A stretch of 64,000 nucleotides of DNA from a bacterium (GTDB lineage: Bacteria > Zhuqueibacterota > Zhuqueibacteria > Residuimicrobiales > Krinioviventaceae): positions 1,312,001-1,376,000 of the forward strand of contig OY843751.1 in NCBI GenBank assembly GCA_963693055.1. Reading direction: 5' to 3'. Shown here one piece after another: positions 20,092 to 31,900 of the stretch. The stretch's first letter is position 1; every line of letters begins with the position of its first letter. Made by a program: the position numbers and the translations under genes. The notes below the pieces were generated by a model, which was given only the letters and a program-made list of their open reading frames with translations, had not been told where the DNA came from and ran no database searches.

Positions 20092-21951
20092 ATGATATTC
20101 ATTATGTATAAAATCAATTGCAAACATCTGTTTGTTCCACTCTTGTTCTTGTATCTGGGAAGTTTTCCCAATGCTGTAGGTGCTACTATGCCCGATCAGG
20201 TTGTTTTAACGAATTGGGAATATGCCATAGGTAAAGACATTCCTGATTCTACCGCATGGAAACAGATGACCGATATGCATGAAATGTCCCACTATTGTCA
20301 GAAACAAACAATATGGCTCAGAACGGCACTTCCTGAATTGTCTGTAAGGCATTTGTCACTTTATGTCAAACGGATCAGTCAGCCCATGCAAATATTTCTT
20401 AATGGAGAGGAGGTGTTTCAGGCTGGCAAAACAGAGGAACAGCAAGGCATCGATTTTGTCCGTTGGGACAATTTGTTGGTGCCATTGCCTGATTATGCAC
20501 CCGGTTCTGATCTGGTTTTAAAATTGTATCCGGTAAATAATTTAACTGGTTTTAGATGGCACACTGTACTGGTGCCAGATGAAATTATATACAAAGATTT
20601 ATTTATTAATAGTATTGATGATATCGCCCTGGCAACAATATTTTTAGCAACTGGTATCGCGGTTTTACTTGTATTTTTTATATCCCGCAAATCAAGGTTA
20701 CTAATGGGCATAATTATTTATTTGTTTTCACTGGTCATTTTTCTTTCAAGCAACAATCCTTTAATACAGTTGTTGTTGCCTGCACCCCGGTTATATTATC
20801 ATCTTGATTACATTTTCCTGATCAGTGCAACCATTGGGGCTTTTTATGCTATTGAACAGCTCATTGAATACCGCTATAAAAAAATAATGAAATCGATTTG
20901 GTTTGTTCATTTCTTGTTTTTATTATTTTCTATAGTAATACTAAATTTTACAGGTTTTACTTTTCCACAGATTGTGAATTATTTTATGGGCTTGCTCATT
21001 GTGAATATGATTCTATGTATAACCGTTATGATCAAGAGTATAAAAACCGGACAATTCACAGCAAAATTATTATTTGGAGGTATGGCCTCTTTTTTGTTTT
21101 TTGCGATTATAGAGATAATTTTATTCTATTATGGGGAAAAACAGCAAATATATAGTTACAGTGTCAAAGTTTTACATATTGGAGCGTTAATATTTGTTAT
21201 TTCTCTGATCTGGATAGCTATTTATCTCTATCTTGACACCTATAAAGAAAAAGAGCTTGCACAGCAAAAAGAACTTGATGCTGTGAAAAAAGGCAACAAG
21301 GCCAGAGAACTATTTGCCATGAGGCTGATTGAATCTCAGGAAAGTGAGCGAAACAGAATAGCCATGGAATTGCACGATAGTGTGGGGCAAAAATTGTTGA
21401 TTATAAAAAATCTGCTCTTGTCTGAATTACGTAAAATATCGGGCAATAACAGTCCATTAGAACAGGTTTGTGATATTTCAGGTGAAACCATACAGGATGT
21501 TAGAAACATTATTTATAACCTTCGTCCGCAGCATTTGGACCAGTTGGGCCTGACAACAGCTATTGAGACGGTCATTGAAAAATTTGCAGACAGTTCAACT
21601 ATTGCTTTTCATGATGAACTGGATGATATTGATAATGTGATGTCTAAAGAAGATGAAATCAATTTTTATCGGATCATTCAGGAAAGTTTAAACAATATTG
21701 TTAAACATTCAAAAGCTGATAAAGCTTTTATTACAATTAAGCGAATAGAAAATAGCATTAATCTTGAGATCAGGGATAATGGGGTAGGATGCATGGATTG
21801 CGATCCCTCTGAAAATGTGGGAAAGGGAGGCTTTGGAATAACCGGTATGTATGAACGTGCGAGAATGATTGGCGCTGAAATAAAAATGGGCCCTGCTGAA
21901 AACGGCGGGACGATTATTGTGTTAAATTTGAATGGGATTGAAAATGAATGA
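20092..21951 (+). CDS. NarX/HisKA_3-type sensor kinase with periplasmic and multi-TM domain
   Basis: ERNRIAMELHDSVGQ H-box, QESLNNIVKHS, DNGVG, GFGITGMYERA. Confidence 0.9.
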   Translation: MIFIMYKINCKHLFVPLLFLYLGSFPNAVGATMPDQVVLTNWEYAIGKDIPDSTAWKQMTDMHEMSHYCQKQTIWLRTALPELSVRHLSLYVKRISQPMQIFLNGEEVFQAGKTEEQQGIDFVRWDNLLVPLPDYAPGSDLVLKLYPVNNLTGFRWHTVLVPDEIIYKDLFINSIDDIALATIFLATGIAVLLVFFISRKSRLLMGIIIYLFSLVIFLSSNNPLIQLLLPAPRLYYHLDYIFLISATIGAFYAIEQLIEYRYKKIMKSIWFVHFLFLLFSIVILNFTGFTFPQIVNYFMGLLIVNMILCITVMIKSIKTGQFTAKLLFGGMASFLFFAIIEIILFYYGEKQQIYSYSVKVLHIGALIFVISLIWIAIYLYLDTYKEKELAQQKELDAVKKGNKARELFAMRLIESQESERNRIAMELHDSVGQKLLIIKNLLLSELRKISGNNSPLEQVCDISGETIQDVRNIIYNLRPQHLDQLGLTTAIETVIEKFADSSTIAFHDELDDIDNVMSKEDEINFYRIIQESLNNIVKHSKADKAFITIKRIENSINLEIRDNGVGCMDCDPSENVGKGGFGITGMYERARMIGAEIKMGPAENGGTIIVLNLNGIENE

Positions 21952-22597
21952 AATTACCCTGTTGGTTGCTGATGATCATCCGTTGTTTCGTTCCGGGGTA
22001 CGTAACGAACTGGAGAGGATAGAACATTTTCAAATTATTGCGGAAGCGGGTGATGGTATAGAGGCCCTAAAGTTGATAAAAGAACACAAGCCTGATGTAG
22101 CTATCCTCGATTTTGAAATGCCGGGATTGAATGGATTGGAAATCGCTTCAAAAGTTGCGGATTTAGACTTTGTAACCGCAATCATTCTGCTGACAATGCA
22201 TCGGGATAGAAAAATTTTTTATAAGGCTATTGATATGGGAATCAATGGCTATGTACTTAAAGATGATGCGATTACAGATATAATCAATGCAGTAAAAGCT
22301 GTCTCTGCAGGCAGACCATTTATCAGTGATGACCTTGCCGAAATACTCATTGAAAAAGCCAGATCAACACAGCCGGATAAAGATATCGCTGATAAGATTA
22401 ATGAACTTACTTTTGCGGAAAAGCGGGTGTTGAATCTTGTTGCTGAATTGAAATCCAATCAGGAAATTGCTGATTTGCTGTTTATATCAAAAAGAACCGT
22501 TGAAAACCACAAAGTGAACATTTCTTCAAAACTGGGATTAGAGAGTTCACGCAAGTTGCTTAAATTTGCTTTGCAAAATCGAAATCTAATGAATTGA
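21944..22597 (+). CDS. NarL/LuxR-family response regulator
   Basis: ADDHPLFR, LDFEMP, SNQEIADLLFISKRTVENHK. Confidence 0.93.
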   Translation: MNEITLLVADDHPLFRSGVRNELERIEHFQIIAEAGDGIEALKLIKEHKPDVAILDFEMPGLNGLEIASKVADLDFVTAIILLTMHRDRKIFYKAIDMGINGYVLKDDAITDIINAVKAVSAGRPFISDDLAEILIEKARSTQPDKDIADKINELTFAEKRVLNLVAELKSNQEIADLLFISKRTVENHKVNISSKLGLESSRKLLKFALQNRNLMN

Positions 22598-22628
22598 ATC
22601 AAACAGTTCCCACTCTTAATTGTTTGCA

Positions 22629-22644
22629 TGTGCGTTAACGCACA
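22629..22644. promoter_or_regulatory. Perfect 16-bp palindrome, candidate response-regulator site
   Basis: TGTGCGTTAACGCACA directly downstream of the NarL-type gene. Confidence 0.45.
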
Positions 22645-22698
22645 GAAAAAAATGTGTTTGCACTCATTTATTCCCCTCTTTTAATTATTATATTCCAA

Positions 22699-24030
22699 CA
22701 CTACTGTCCCAATATTAGTTGAATAAATTCAATTGGTTATCATTTTGTAAGCCATGAGTAAGATTATCATTGTTGCTAAGTAACTGTAAAATAGGAGTTC
22801 TTTGAAACATATTAACGCTTAATATTTGCAAAAAAGTGTAGAGCGGAATCGCAATATTCAAACGTTTCTTTATTATCGCTATAAGCACGTATATACATAT
22901 TGCAATCCATATTTGCGATTTAACGGCATTGACTGAAGTGCCATAAAAGGACTTAATTTTTAGGTTTTGTTTTATCCATTTAAAAAACAATTCAATTTGC
23001 CAGCGGCATCTATATAGTTCAGGAATAGTTAATGCCGGCAAGTTAAAAATATTTGTCAACAAAACGAGCGTTCGTTTTTGATCAGTTATGTATATTTTAA
23101 CGCGTCTGAGTCTTTCAGGATAATCTCGTGATGCATAGTAATTCACTAAAGAAACTGTTTGATCACATCGAAGACCTGTACTTTTATTAACCGGATGTGA
23201 ATAGACCCTTTTAGCTTTAAGGTTCGACTTTGCCGGAATGACAAAAAAGGCTCCAGCTTGATGGAATCTATACAGACGCTCAAAATCTATGTAACCCTTG
23301 TCTAGCAAATATATGGCGCCAGGCTCAGGAATCAACATATCAAGAATGTTAACATCGTGGATTTTCCCTTCAGTTATCTCTATAAAAGTTGGTATGTTAC
23401 CACGAAGATCCATTTGAGTATGCACTTTTATAGCACCTTTTGATTTTCTAAATCTGGCCCATGGAAATAAAGAAAGGCACAAGTCAATTGTTGTTGAATC
23501 TAATGCGTAAACCATTTCTTTTAATTCAAGGCCGAATTTTTCATCACGATATAACTTGCGGGCCTGATTAATAAGTATTTGAGCAAATTCAGCATAGATG
23601 CGCCAGTCTCGATGTTCATTTGCATTAGCCAAAGTATTTCGAGCAACTATGCTGCGAAAACCCATGTGGTAAAGTAGTTTTCGTTGTGATCTTAAACAAG
23701 CTTCTATATCTCTCAAACTATCTCGGAAAGTGAGTTGGGCAAAAGCCATGCAATAAAATTGATCAAGACACGAGAAGGATTTAACTTTGTACTCTCCTCT
23801 GTATTTGTGGACGCAACGATGGAATGCCTTTAAAGGCAGGAATTCCATTATTTGAGAAAAAACAGTTTTCCCTTCGTGCATTTCGCCATTCCTCCGCCAT
23901 TGTTTTGTTGTGATAGAATGGTGAAATGTAATAATTTAATTCAAATCGTTCCCGTTAAAAATGATAGCGTAAAGATATAATTAACAATTAAATACAATCA
24001 CTACTTTCCCCTAACGTTGGGACAGTAGTG
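22699..24030 (-). mobile_element. IS4-family insertion sequence (1332 bp)
   Basis: TIR CACTACTGTCCCAA(TA/CG)TTAG, 18/20 identical; 9-bp TSD ATATTCCAA at 22690-22698 and 24031-24039. Confidence 0.95.
22715..23881 (-). CDS. IS4-family transposase (DUF4372 + DDE)
   Basis: ALDSTTIDL, DKGY, Y-2-R-3-E-6-K signature YRCRWQIELFFKWIK. Confidence 0.95.
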   Translation of the reverse strand: MHEGKTVFSQIMEFLPLKAFHRCVHKYRGEYKVKSFSCLDQFYCMAFAQLTFRDSLRDIEACLRSQRKLLYHMGFRSIVARNTLANANEHRDWRIYAEFAQILINQARKLYRDEKFGLELKEMVYALDSTTIDLCLSLFPWARFRKSKGAIKVHTQMDLRGNIPTFIEITEGKIHDVNILDMLIPEPGAIYLLDKGYIDFERLYRFHQAGAFFVIPAKSNLKAKRVYSHPVNKSTGLRCDQTVSLVNYYASRDYPERLRRVKIYITDQKRTLVLLTNIFNLPALTIPELYRCRWQIELFFKWIKQNLKIKSFYGTSVNAVKSQIWIAICIYVLIAIIKKRLNIAIPLYTFLQILSVNMFQRTPILQLLSNNDNLTHGLQNDNQLNLFN

Positions 24031-24065
24031 ATATTCCAAAAAGAAAACAAAATTTTGGTAATTGG

Positions 24066-24413
24066 ATGAAGTTTCTGATTGTGGAAAGAAATGCCCGGTT
24101 TCGTGCATTTCTTCGAGAATTTATTGCTCAAGGTGATGATATTATTATAGAGCTAGAGGGATCAAGGGATGTAAGAGAAGCACTCGTCAAATATGAGCCG
24201 GACTATATAATAATTGATATAAAGTCCAAAGATGATGACTTGAACCTCGCAGCAGCCCTGAAAAAAGAATTCCCAAATGTCAGGTTCATTCTGATCTCTG
24301 ATTATAAAGATGAAAAATTCAAAGCCAAAGCAAAAAAGATATATGCTGATGGTATTGTATCCAAGGAAAACCTGTTGGAACTACAGGAACTGGTTTATTT
24401 TCGACATGTATAG
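24066..24413 (+). CDS. Stand-alone receiver-domain protein
   Basis: KFLIVE...PDYIIIDI...FILIS...IVSK receiver pattern. Confidence 0.8.
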   Translation: MKFLIVERNARFRAFLREFIAQGDDIIIELEGSRDVREALVKYEPDYIIIDIKSKDDDLNLAAALKKEFPNVRFILISDYKDEKFKAKAKKIYADGIVSKENLLELQELVYFRHV

Positions 24414-24459
24414 AATTCAAATTTTTTAAACATTTAATGATTTTAGGATGGATTGAATC

Positions 24460-27400
24460 ATGAGAACATTATTAATCACTTTACTGTTATCTCTTTTGTT
24501 AGTTACAATGGTTTTTGCAGATGGCACCCAGCCACCGGGTTTTGGCAATTTGGATGATCCCTACCTGGTTTCTACCCTGGACCATTTGATCTGGATCAGC
24601 ACCAATTCCGGTTCATGGAGTTGCCATTTTAAACAAACCGCAAACATAGATGCTCACAACTCTGCAGCGCTGAATTTTAATGGCAGCGTTTTTTTGGGTT
24701 TCTCTCCTATAGGCGACAATACAACTCCATTCAGCGGTGTCTATGATGGACAGGGTTTCTGGATTAGTGAGCTATATATTAATCGTACAGCTAATAACAA
24801 TCGGGGGCTATTTGGTTATATGGATGGGGTCTGGCCCACTGTGCAAAATCTGGTAGTGAAAAATTCTTATGTTGCCGGTGATGATAATGTTGGCATTCTG
24901 GTGGGAAATGCTCAAGGTCCATCAGAGATTACAAATTGTAGTTCAAACGGTGATGTTGTGGGTGATTATAATTGCGGCGGTCTTGTGGGAACAGTAGGAA
25001 ATTCTGCAACAGTAACAAACTGTTCTTCAACTGCTGACGTTGCCTGCTCTTATAACAAGATAGGCGGATTGGTGGGATCTAACGATGGGGAGATCAACAC
25101 CAGTTTTGCTAAAGGTAATGTTAATGGTAATTCCAGGGTCGGTGGACTAGCTGGGTATTCTGGTGGAACCATTAACAATTGCTATGCTGCAGTAGGATCG
25201 GTTTCCGGTTTAACCTTTATTGGTGGATTACTGGGACGAAATATAGGCGGTACGGTAAATGACTGTTTTGCTGCCTGCTCTGTTTCAGGCAACTCTGATA
25301 TTGGTGGATTGGCGGGGGATAACGATGCAACCATAAATAGGTGTTTTTATGATTCCCAGGTTTCCGGACAATCCGATGTGGGTAAAGGTAGTCCTCAAAA
25401 AACCATCATGATGAAAACATTTTCTACTTTTTATTACCAATATGCTTTTGATTTTGAAAATGAGACAAGAAACGGCTCTGATGATGTTTGGGATATGGAT
25501 TTTTCAGGCGGCGTCAACAGTGGATATCCGTATTTGGCCTGGCAGGATGGTTCAACGGTTTCGCTACCAAACGAACCGGCAGAGCCGAGCGGTAGCGGAA
25601 CAAGCGGCGATCCCTACCAGATTGAAACTCTGGAACATTTGATATGGCTCGCCCGTAGCCCTGGAAAATGGAATTCAACTAAATATTATATTCAAACTGC
25701 GAATATTAACGCCGCTAATGCAAGTTCATGGAACGGTGCGGCCGGTTTCCCTTCTATTGGCAAGTCATCAACAAGTTTTGATGGTAATTATAATGGTCAG
25801 TATCATACCATTAGTGATGTTTATATGAGATATACCGAATGGAATGATGTTGGCGTTTTTGGTAAAACCAATTGCGCTAGTATAAGAAGGTTAGGTGTAA
25901 TAAATGCAAACATTACCGGTAATGATAATGTGGGGGCAGTAATTGGTGATGGATCAGGAGATCATAACCTTTATCTTGGTACTATAGATGATTGTTATTC
26001 TACCGGTGTAGTTAGGGGTGGCAATTATGTAGGTGGAGTAGTAGGTGTTACAAACATATTTTTTGAGACTACCAACTGCTATTCAGCCGCCGATGTTTCG
26101 GGTGATGGCTATGTTGGTGGACTGGTAGGGGCTAACAGGGGAGCTGTATTTACCAGCTTTGCCAGGGGGGATGTTGATGGTTCTTATTTGGTGGGAGGCC
26201 TGGTAGGTTATACCAGCGATGATATAAGGAACAGCTATGCTACCGGTTCTGTTTCGGGGGGGAATAGTGTTGGTGGGCTGATAGGAAGGTTTGGTGACGG
26301 TACTATTTCGCGTTGTTTTTCCGCAGGCAGCGTGTCAGGAACAACAGATGTTGGTGGTTTAATTGGAGACAAGATTGGTACTAATATGTATTCCTGTTTT
26401 TATGATAGTGATGTTACCGGCATGACTGATGAAACAAAAGGGAATCCCAGAACCACTGATGAAATGAAAAATTTTACAACATTTTATAATGCCGGTTGGG
26501 ATTATGTTTCGGAAACAGCAAACGGCACTAATGATCAATGGGACCAGGATTGTTCTGCAAGTATCAATAATGGTTATCCCTACCTGAGCTTTCAGGATGG
26601 TTCAAGCGTGAGCTTGTCACTTTTGCCAGAGGCACCGGATGTTGGAGACGGATCCAGTGGAGATCCCTACCAGATTGCGTCACTTTCAAATCTGTATTGG
26701 TTGAGTTTGAATTCAGAGGAATGGGGTAAATATTTTATCCAGACTGTAGATATTGATGCCTCAGTTACGTCTACAATAGAATGTGGATCAGGTTTTCCGC
26801 CTATTGGTAATGCGTCTACAATGTTTTCCGGTTCATACAATGGGCAGGAACATACAATTGATGGCTTATACATCAGCCGTAATGGTGAAAGCTATGTGGG
26901 ATTGTTTGGGTATACGGATAATGCTATGATTCAAAAGCTGGGGGTAACGTCTTGTAATATTGACGGTTCTACCTATGTTGGCGCCATTGCCGGACGAAAT
27001 AACAATTCTTCGCAAATTTCAAGCTGTTATACTTCCGGTAATATTGAAGGTACCTTAGAAACAGGAGGTATTGTAGGGCGAAATAATACCGATGCAATTA
27101 TCAGGAATTGTTATTCCATGGCATCTGTGGATTGTCCGTCTAGTACTGGTGGTGTAGCGGGAGCAAACTTTTCGGGTTCTGAAATTATTAAAAGTTATGC
27201 ACGGGGTAGCGTAACGGGAATTCTGGATGTTGGTGGTTTGGTAGGAAAAAATAGCGCTATAGTAACAAACTGTTTTTATGATATGCAAACTACTGGTAAA
27301 GTTGACAGTGACAGGGGAACACCTTGTCCAACGGTTGTAATGCATATGCTTGATGTTTTTTTACAGGCAGGTTGGGATCTGGAAGTAGAGACGACAAATG

Positions 27401-28956
27401 GTAGCGCGAATATTTGGGACATGGACCACACCGGTAGTGTTGGAGGATGCTATCCCTATTTGAGCTGGCAGGACGGAGCAAGTGTGTCAATTCCTTCAAA
27501 ACCGGCCTCCGGTGACGGCTCGGTAGGAGATCCTTACCAGATCACGTCTCTTTCCGATCTGGCCTGGCTCAGTTTGTTTACTGAACAATGGTCAAAATTC
27601 TGTGTCCAGACTTCTGATATTGACGCATCATCCGCCAGCAGTTGGTTTAGCGGACTTGGGTATTCTCCCATCGGGAATTTGACAACCCAGTTCACCGGTA
27701 CATATGATGGCCAGGGTAATCTAATTAGCAATCTGACAATGAACAGAGGTGCTTATAGTTGTATTGGACTGTTTGGTTATACTGACGGATCTACAATTAA
27801 GAACCTGGGACTGAAAAATTGTGATATTACGGGGAACCAATATGTAGGGGGGATTGCCGGCAGGAATAGTAACAGCGCTTTAATTGAGTGTTGTTATACA
27901 GCCGGTAGTATAGTGGGAACGTCAGATGCAGGTGGAATTGCCGGTCGGAATAATAATAACGCGATCATTCGTAACTGTTATTCAAAAGCTGATGTTGCCT
28001 GTGCAAACTCTGCTGGCGGATTGGTTGGCTCTAATAACTCTGATTCAGATGTGGCTTACTGTTATTCAATAGGAACAGTCTCTGCAGGAAGCGGTACAGG
28101 CGGACTGATTGGTGAAAATAACGCCGGGGTATCCCATAGTTTTTATAATTTAGAAACTTCGGGGCAATCGGATACCGGCAAAGGAATAGGTATATCTACT
28201 GTGTTAATGCAAAGGCTTGAGACATTTACAACCGTTGGTTGGGATTTTGAAATTGAATCTGGTAATGGTACAAATGATTATTGGGACATGGATTGTTCCT
28301 GCTCTATCAATAACGGTTTTCTGTTTTTGAGTTGGTTGAACGATGGAGATACAGCATTGCCGGTTGAACTTGCTGCTTTTTCAGCCAAATGTGAGAACAC
28401 GCTTGTGATGCTTGAATGGACCACTGCGACTGAATCCGCAAATTTGGGATTTATTCTTGAGCGGCGTGATGAACACAGTGACTGGCAGCAAGTTGCTTCA
28501 TACAAGATGAGTAACGAATTATTGGGACAGGGCACATCTGTAACGGAAACAAGATATGCATACAATGATGATACGGTAAATCCCGGAGAGACCTATACAT
28601 ATCGTCTCTCGGATGTGAATACCAATGGTGAGGTGAATGAACTAGCAACAGTGGCGGTAGAGGTTGTTTATATTCCAACCACTACCCAGTTGTTACCGGC
28701 GTATCCGAACCCGTTCAATCCATCTACAACCATCAGGTATGATCTGGCAAAAGACGGATATGTAAATATTGCGATATATGATATATTGGGCAAGCAGGTC
28801 AGGTCTCTGTATAACGGAGAGCAGACTATAGGGAGTTTTGACCTGCAATGGAACGGTTTGGATGAGCAGGGCAGTCAGGTTTCAAGCGGCATCTTTTTTG
28901 TGCGAATGCAGTGTGGGCAGCAATGCAGTGTACAGAAAATTACATTGATGAAATAA
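24460..28956 (+). CDS. Large secreted GLUG-repeat protein with T9SS/FlgD-type C-terminal domain
   Basis: Signal peptide; four repeated modules (GSG..DPY.I, F.PIG, YDGQ, VGGLVG.N); LPVELAAF and YPNPFNP CTD. Confidence 0.88.
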   Translation: MRTLLITLLLSLLLVTMVFADGTQPPGFGNLDDPYLVSTLDHLIWISTNSGSWSCHFKQTANIDAHNSAALNFNGSVFLGFSPIGDNTTPFSGVYDGQGFWISELYINRTANNNRGLFGYMDGVWPTVQNLVVKNSYVAGDDNVGILVGNAQGPSEITNCSSNGDVVGDYNCGGLVGTVGNSATVTNCSSTADVACSYNKIGGLVGSNDGEINTSFAKGNVNGNSRVGGLAGYSGGTINNCYAAVGSVSGLTFIGGLLGRNIGGTVNDCFAACSVSGNSDIGGLAGDNDATINRCFYDSQVSGQSDVGKGSPQKTIMMKTFSTFYYQYAFDFENETRNGSDDVWDMDFSGGVNSGYPYLAWQDGSTVSLPNEPAEPSGSGTSGDPYQIETLEHLIWLARSPGKWNSTKYYIQTANINAANASSWNGAAGFPSIGKSSTSFDGNYNGQYHTISDVYMRYTEWNDVGVFGKTNCASIRRLGVINANITGNDNVGAVIGDGSGDHNLYLGTIDDCYSTGVVRGGNYVGGVVGVTNIFFETTNCYSAADVSGDGYVGGLVGANRGAVFTSFARGDVDGSYLVGGLVGYTSDDIRNSYATGSVSGGNSVGGLIGRFGDGTISRCFSAGSVSGTTDVGGLIGDKIGTNMYSCFYDSDVTGMTDETKGNPRTTDEMKNFTTFYNAGWDYVSETANGTNDQWDQDCSASINNGYPYLSFQDGSSVSLSLLPEAPDVGDGSSGDPYQIASLSNLYWLSLNSEEWGKYFIQTVDIDASVTSTIECGSGFPPIGNASTMFSGSYNGQEHTIDGLYISRNGESYVGLFGYTDNAMIQKLGVTSCNIDGSTYVGAIAGRNNNSSQISSCYTSGNIEGTLETGGIVGRNNTDAIIRNCYSMASVDCPSSTGGVAGANFSGSEIIKSYARGSVTGILDVGGLVGKNSAIVTNCFYDMQTTGKVDSDRGTPCPTVVMHMLDVFLQAGWDLEVETTNGSANIWDMDHTGSVGGCYPYLSWQDGASVSIPSKPASGDGSVGDPYQITSLSDLAWLSLFTEQWSKFCVQTSDIDASSASSWFSGLGYSPIGNLTTQFTGTYDGQGNLISNLTMNRGAYSCIGLFGYTDGSTIKNLGLKNCDITGNQYVGGIAGRNSNSALIECCYTAGSIVGTSDAGGIAGRNNNNAIIRNCYSKADVACANSAGGLVGSNNSDSDVAYCYSIGTVSAGSGTGGLIGENNAGVSHSFYNLETSGQSDTGKGIGISTVLMQRLETFTTVGWDFEIESGNGTNDYWDMDCSCSINNGFLFLSWLNDGDTALPVELAAFSAKCENTLVMLEWTTATESANLGFILERRDEHSDWQQVASYKMSNELLGQGTSVTETRYAYNDDTVNPGETYTYRLSDVNTNGEVNELATVAVEVVYIPTTTQLLPAYPNPFNPSTTIRYDLAKDGYVNIAIYDILGKQVRSLYNGEQTIGSFDLQWNGLDEQGSQVSSGIFFVRMQCGQQCSVQKITLMK

Positions 28957-28990
28957 GAACGTGTTATTTTAGTCAGTATTGAGAGGAAAA

Positions 28991-31900
28991 ATGAAAAAAA
29001 TATATTCTATTCTGTTAATAGTTATTTTTCTTACAACAGGCCTTTATGCCGACGGCACCCAGCCGCCGGGTTCCGGCACATCTGATGTTCCTTATGAGGT
29101 ATCCACTCTGAACCATTTATTATGGATCAGTACCAATTCCGGTTCGTGGAGTGCCTGCTTTGAACAGACAGCAGATATCAATGCCTCAGCAACAGCCACC
29201 TGGAACAGTGACGGAGAAGGCGGTTATGAAGGCTTCTCCCCGATTGGGAAAATTCTTGACTATTTTGAAGGCTCATACGATGGTCAGGGATACGCAATAG
29301 AGGGTCTGTATATTAACCGGACCAGTGATTATGTTGGATTGTTTGGGGCTATTGAAGGTGGCTCTGTCGAAAACCTAATCCTGAAAAACGTAAATATTAC
29401 CGCAGAAGCGATGGTCGGCGGACTGGCTGGATACACTGTAGATGCAGTATTTACAAATTGCTCCGTCTCAGGGTCGGTTTCATGTATCAATTCGTATGTA
29501 GGTGGACTGATCGGAGACATAACGCTTTCGACCCAGATTAACGAATGCCGGTCATTATGCAGCGTTTCCGGTACCTTCAATGTAGGCGGGTTGGTTGGAT
29601 GTACTTATAACTCTACGGTTATTAAAAATAGTTACGCCCGGGGCAGTGTTGACGGTACTCTCAGCAGTGTTGGTGGACTGCTTGGATATAATTCGTATGG
29701 CTGCCAGGTTAACAATTGTTACGCCACAGGCAGCGTTTCCGGTGACAGCCAATATGGTGGCCTGGTGGGCGAAAATAATGGAACTGTGAGCAATAGTTTT
29801 TACGATCAGGAAACCACCGGGCAGGACGATACGGGCAAGGGCACACCGAAAACCACTGAGGAAATGAAAACACTTTATACCTTTACAAATGCTGGTTGGG
29901 ATTTTGATAACGAGACAACTAACGGAACAGATGATGTCTGGGATATCGATTATATCAACTCATCAAATATCGGTTACCCCTATCTGAGTTGGCAGGATGG
30001 CGCCACAGTCGCCCAGCCTTCAGGCCCTGACGGAAGCGGTACATCCAACGATCCTTACCAGATCAGTAACCTGACAGATCTCTGTTGGTTAAGCCAGAAC
30101 CCGTCAAGCTGGGACAAATATTTTATCCAGATTAATGATATTGATGCTTCCAGTACGAGTTCCTGGAGTGGAGGTTTTGGATTCTCCCCTATTGGGAACA
30201 ATAATGACTATTTTGAAGGCTCATACGATGGCCAGGGATACGCAATAGAAGGTTTGTATATTAACCGGTCCAGTAGTTATGTTGGATTGTTTGGGGATAT
30301 GATGGGTACAGGACCTGTAAAAAACCTGATCATGAGAAACGTAAATATTACCGGAGACACGTTTGTCGGCGGACTGGTTGGGCAACAAAATTACAAAGTT
30401 ATTACGAATTGTTCCGTTACAGGGTCGGTTTCAGGTGCCGGGTATGTAGGTGGAGTGGTTGGGCTCGAGCAGTATTCCGCCGAGGTTAACGAATGCCGGT
30501 CTTTATGCAGCGTATCCGGTACCTTCTATGTAGGCAGTCTGGTTGGAGGTGCTCGTTTCTCTGCGGTTATTAACAATAGTTACGCCCGGGGCAGTGTTGA
30601 CGGTACTAACAGCTATATTGGTGGACTGCTTGGAGGGAATGCTGATGGCTGCCAGGTTAACAATTGTTACGCCACAGGCAGCGTTTCCGGTGACAGCCAA
30701 GTTGGCGGCCTGGTGGGCGAAAATGAGGGAACGGTGAGCAATAGTTTTTATGACCAAATAACAACCGGGCAGGACGATACGGGTAAAGGCAGTCCCAAGA
30801 CAACAGCAGAAATGAAAGATTATACAACATTTATCAACGCCGGGTGGGACTATGTGGCGGAAACTGTTAATGGTTCAGATGATGATTGGGACCAGGACTG
30901 TTCTGAAAGTATTAATAACGGTTACCCCTACCTGAGCTGGCAGGACGGCGCTTCAGTTTCCCTCGCTGTTTTGTCAATTGTACCCTCGGCCGGGGATGGT
31001 TCCAGCGGTGATCCGTACCAAATTGCCACTATAAATAACCTGTACTGGCTTTCTCAAAACAGCGATCAATGGGGACAAAATTATATCCAGGTAGCTAACA
31101 TTGACGCGTCCGTTACCGGCAGCCTGGACAGCGGATCAGGTTTCTCAAGTATTGGCTCAGATGTAATAAACTTTAGCGGTACGTATGATGGTCAGGGGTA
31201 CAACATTGATAATTTATATATTAACCGGTCGGCCTCTAGTTTTATCGGTCTTTTCGGATATACAAACGGCGCCGGGATCAGCAATATTGCCCTGACCGGT
31301 GCAAACATAACCGGCGACCAGTATGTGGGTGGAATAGCCGGGGTAAGCTCTTCAGGCCAAATTGTCCAATGTTATACCAAAGGCAGTATCTCTGGTAATT
31401 ATAATGTGGGTGGTGTTAGCGGTTGTAATAACAATACTACAATACGCAACTGCTATTCCACGGCAGATATCTCCGGCACCACCAACACTGGTGGCCTGAC
31501 AGGACTAAATGGTGTCACATCAACCATTGATAAATGTTACGCCCGGGGCAGCGTCTCCGGTACCACCAACACCGGCGGACTGGTAGGGGCCAATTCCGCC
31601 ACCGTGAGCAATAGTTTTTTTGACAGCGAAACCACCGGACAAAGCGATAATAGCGGCAAAGGAGTTCCCAAATCCACGCAAGCCATGCAGACATTCAGCA
31701 CTTTTTTCGATGCCGGGTGGGACCTTGAGGTTGAGACAGGTAACGGCAATAATGATATCTGGGACATGGACCATACCGGCAGCTTTGGTGGCTGTTATCC
31801 TTATCTCAGTTGGCAGGATGCTTCAGATGTATCTATTCCGGCAAAACCGGCAGACGGTGATGGTTCCAGCGGTGCCCCGTACCAGATCGCAACCCTGAGT

